Source: Apteryx mantelli
Taxonomy: Eukaryota
NCBI RefSeq assembly: GCF_036417845.1
Contig: NC_089978.1
Location: forward strand, 20,774,000 to 20,837,999
Length of the DNA: 64,000 nucleotides
Direction of reading: 5' to 3'
The notes under the pieces are model-generated. The model did not search any database, was not told the origin of the DNA, and saw only the letters and a list, made by a program, of their open reading frames with translations. A program made the position numbers and the translations under genes. How positions within the stretch are numbered: the stretch's first letter is position 1; each line of letters opens with the position of its first letter. This document shows, piece after piece, positions 60,752-64,000 of the stretch.

Positions 60752-62369
60752 CTCCTGGCTCCTGTTCCACATTTGATTTGATTTCATGTTCTGAATGACA
60801 GCCTGTCTTCTGTTTCGGTTTCAGTGAAGGAAACAGTTTCATCATCAGGTTTGATACAGGAGGTCCATTTGAATCACCATCTACTGCAGGCTGTTTGGAC
60901 AGTTCATCTCCTCTCTTTGAGGCAACTTTTCTCTTTATTGTTTTATCTGGGACAAAGGTATCATTTTTACAGGAAAATTCTGTCTGTAGAGGCATTTTAG
61001 TTGTGTATTTTTCAGGTAAATCATTCTGAACATAATTTTCATCAAGATCACTCCATGTTCTTTCATCATCAAACTCAAACTTACTCCTATTTATACAAGA
61101 CATGCTTCTCTGATGGTCTGAAGCTTTGCTTTGCTTTGACAGTGCACTGCAATCTTTGTCTGATAAGTCAAGGTCAGCATCTCCATTTTTTTTTTCTCTG
61201 CTAATGTCTGTAACAGAACCTCCATAACCAAAAAATTCTGGATCACTTTCTCTATGGCTCATAAAGGATGTATTAGCATCTTCACTTTCACATTTTAATG
61301 TGGTCTCAGATTCTTTTTCAGAATCTGTAGTAATATCACTGTTTCCTTCATCCTTATCTTCATTTACAATCCATTGAGTACTTTTTAAAGCAGGGGCTGC
61401 TGTCATGGAAGAAGCTGAAAACAGTATACTATCTGTTTTATTGAACTGATCCTTCAGTCTAAAAGCTGTTCCTGAAGTTGATACTGTATGCATAACTGCT
61501 CTGTCATTTTTATTTCCCTGTGTGTCAGAGCTTGCCTTCTTATTTTTCTTATTTTTAAGTGTAAAAGCCAGTGCATTTACTTGCTTCTGTTTTGCCTTGA
61601 TAGGGGTAGAAGACATTCTCCGTCCTTTTAAAGTCTGCTGATCTTGATCCAAGATCCTTTGCACAAACGAGGAATTACTCGAAAAAGATATTTCATCCGC
61701 AGCTTGTTCTAGAAACAAGAATTCATCTAATTCTAGATTTTCTTTTTCCTTTTCTTTTTCCCAGTGTTCCAGCTTATTCTGAAATGAAACTTCAAAAGAC
61801 AGTTCTGGGCCTTTTACAGAGTGACTTACAGAACATTTAGAATTAGAAAAGGCACTGGTCAGCTCATGAGACAACTGAGGCTTTTCTGTGTCAGGTAATT
61901 TGTTTCTGATTCTGCTGCCAGTGTTAACAGATTTAGCAAATTCCATGATGTTCTCTTTATTTTCTATTTTGTTGTTAATTTCTGATGGGAAAGAATCTCT
62001 CATCTGTCCATCAAGATTCTTTCCTGTTTGCACTCTTGTTTCTAATGGGAAGATATTTTTTCCATTTTGATTCCTGAGTACCAGGGTTTTCTGAATAGGA
62101 CCATGCTTTGCTTTATCAGACTGCTTATATTTTTTACATGGTGCAAAAGGATTCTCAGAAACCAGTTCTTCGCCAGGAGGCACAGTTTTCTTCTGTATTT
62201 GTGATCTGTCCACTCTAACATTTCTGTCCTCTGAAGCACTTTGTTGAGGTTTGTTTTCTCCAAGTTTTGTTATCTTAGATTTGGCATTAGTAAACCTTGT
62301 TAAGCCTTCTCCTCTTTTCAGGAAGGGTTGTTTGATCACTGGTTTTTGAACGGTTGATCTACTTGTCTC
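60752..62369 (-). CDS. CENPJ: CENPJ large central coding exon (1618 nt)
   Basis: It lies within ORF-track 60720..62339 (minus, 539 aa). Acceptor cccttacag|GAGACAAG (+ ctg 62370-62372). The ORF M at 62339 is an internal GTG, not a start. Donor CCAGGAG|gtgaga (+ 60746-60751 tctcac). Low-complexity S/K/N/E-rich protein: ETSRSTVQKPVIKQPFLKRGEG...HSEHEIKSNVEQEPG. The ORF tail TVTGRKY* after the donor is intronic read-through. Confidence 0.85.
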
Positions 62370-62662
62370 CTGTAAGGGGGTAAGGAAAAAGAAGCAAATG
62401 CAAAATGTTAAAAGCCCCTTATACAGTTTAAGATTTCTTCAAATAATCCCACATATGAGTAGGAATTTATATAGGATGTCTCTACTGGATTTCTAAAGAC
62501 TTCTTAAACAATGAAATAATTGGGGTTTGTTGTTTTTAAAAATTTGAACATTGCATTCAATGTTAGCTTTTAAACACTAGAATTTGCCTTGTACATTTGT
62601 AAGATACCTATAATATTTTGTCACAGTATAGAAAGAACAATAAAGTTAAAAAATAAAAGAAC

Positions 62663-62768
62663 CTGTAACTCTTGGTTTTGCTTCAGACGCTGCTCTTCTA
62701 GTTGTATCTGTTCTTCTAGGAATTCTTCAAAAGTCTGTTTCTTCTCCTGAATCCCAGCTTTAATAGGT
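62663..62768 (-). CDS. CENPJ: CENPJ coding exon
   Basis: Minus sense: acceptor acaccag|A (+ ct 62769-62770); donor TTACAG|gttctt (+ ac 62661-62662). Peptide (R)[35 protein letters not shown]. Confidence 0.75.
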
Positions 62769-63749
62769 CTGGTGTAATTCAGAACCAAGTCTTACATTTT
62801 TATATAAAATAACTGTGTTTAACATCATTGCTATTCAAAGACCTAAGATCTAATTACACAAAAGATGACAAATTATGAAGAACTTCAGTCATTAAGTTGC
62901 AAAGTTAACCCAAGAAATGCATTATACCACTGGCTGTTTATCTTTTGAGAAATGGTTTATCAAATCCCTGCTATAATGAACGACATATATACAGAAGATA
63001 CTGTATGCAAGTTTTGCTGTTTCTTCTTTCACTGCTTTTCTCAGTGATCCATTCTTCTGCCTGAACCAAACTTTCACTCAGATTCTAGTCATACTGCCAA
63101 TTTATACAAATAGTCTTAATGCTGATTCACAGTAATGCCACTGAGATAATGTTCCTTATCTCTCCCTTTGATTAGATACTCCTGCTCCTTCACTGTTTGG
63201 AACAACTATTTATTGGCTTTGTGCTGACCAGGCAGCAAAGGCAGAGCTTTAAAACAATTCCAACCACTATTTTTATTCCACCAGGAACAAAGCTATTACC
63301 ATACATAAGGCTTCTCCCACAAGCACTATTATTACTTCTTGGCCATCCACAGATGCTTACAACATAACTCCTGGTAATAGAAGGGGCCTTACACTCCTCC
63401 TTCACATTACTTCTTTTGTCACCTAACAGTGGGTAGGAAGTTGTAATTAATCAAGTTGGGAGCAGTAATTATAACTGTTTATATACTAAGCCTATACCAA
63501 AATGTGCTTCTAAACTATCATTACCTCATGCTGTACACACCTCTTTACGCCATGTCTTTCACAGCAACAGTGATTTCAAGCTAGAGCCTCTCTTACCTTT
63601 GGTCTCTACGGTATCTAGCAAAATGAAATCCTTAGTTGGGAAAGCTATACAAATTGAGAATATTAGACTCTTTCAATCAGGACTCAGAAATCAGTCAAAC
63701 TAGTGTTAGCTATTTGACAAAAAATATGCATAACAATGGTCTTCATTAC

Positions 63750-63897
63750 CTTTCCTCTGTATTAGTCACCCATAATTGTTTTTCTGCACCGGAATTTTCT
63801 GAGAAATCTGCACTTCCAACACATGCATGATCAATGTGACAGTCTTTACTCTCCACTGATTTTTCCATCTTTTGTTCTGGACACCACATGTTTTTTC
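63750..63897 (-). CDS. CENPJ: CENPJ coding exon (most upstream one visible)
   Basis: Minus sense: acceptor ttttccatag|GA (+ ct 63898-63899); donor GAAAG|gtaatg (+ ac 63748-63749). Phase 1 in, 2 out. Peptide (K)NMWCPEQKMEKSVESKDCHIDHACVGSADFSENSGAEKQLWVTNTEE. The junction gives ...TEER PIKAG. No homology memory for this part, so it rests on ORF and phase only. Confidence 0.6.
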
Positions 63898-64000
63898 CTA
63901 TGAAATGACAGAAAACTGTATTTTTTTTCTAACATAAAATCAGTTTTCAGCTCTATTTTTACAAAGCATTCAGATGAGATTAAAACCAGAAGGGAGCATT

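Noticed and set aside
60720-62339. 539-aa minus-strand ORF taken at face value as a complete CDS
   Set aside because: It is the internal large exon of CENPJ. The initial M is an internal GTG codon: the true acceptor is at + 62370-62372, and the frame is open upstream of the M. The last 7 residues (TVTGRKY*) lie beyond the gtgaga donor at + 60746-60751.

Overview
This window is vertebrate nuclear DNA, almost certainly avian. The evidence is AT-rich introns, GT-AG splice junctions, several CR1 LINE fragments and long poly-G tracts. It contains the 3' parts of two convergent (tail-to-tail) genes. On the + strand lies an RNF17/TDRD4 orthologue, a multi-Tudor germline piRNA-pathway protein. I chained 29 phase-consistent coding exons from 926 to the TAA stop at 48930-48932; they cover five Tudor modules, and the N-terminal RING/B-box part must lie upstream of the window. 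On the - strand lies a CENPJ/CPAP orthologue. I chained 14 phase-consistent coding exons from 63897 down to the TAG stop at 52631-52633, including the ~1.6 kb central exon, the coiled-coil exons and the C-terminal G-box/TCP10 repeats. An AATAAA poly-A signal (minus sense) sits about 110 nt downstream of the stop. RNF17 next to CENPJ in convergent orientation matches the human 13q12 arrangement. Exon borders were set by reading GT/AG sites, keeping codon phase continuous across every junction, and checking against the supplied ORF track. Protein identities rest on remembered human RNF17/CENPJ sequences and were not searched. Introns carry four CR1 fragments (one internally deleted copy with an ORF2 remnant), a probable solo ERV LTR, a 24-27 bp tandem repeat abutting a splice donor, homopolymers and microsatellites. 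I see no prokaryotic genes, operons, CRISPR arrays or defence-system-like architecture. The novel-system hint is not supported. The second-look items are a frame-preserving cassette-like pseudo-exon in RNF17 intron 5, the LTR insertion, and a possible lineage difference in the RNF17 linker between Tudor 4 and Tudor 5.
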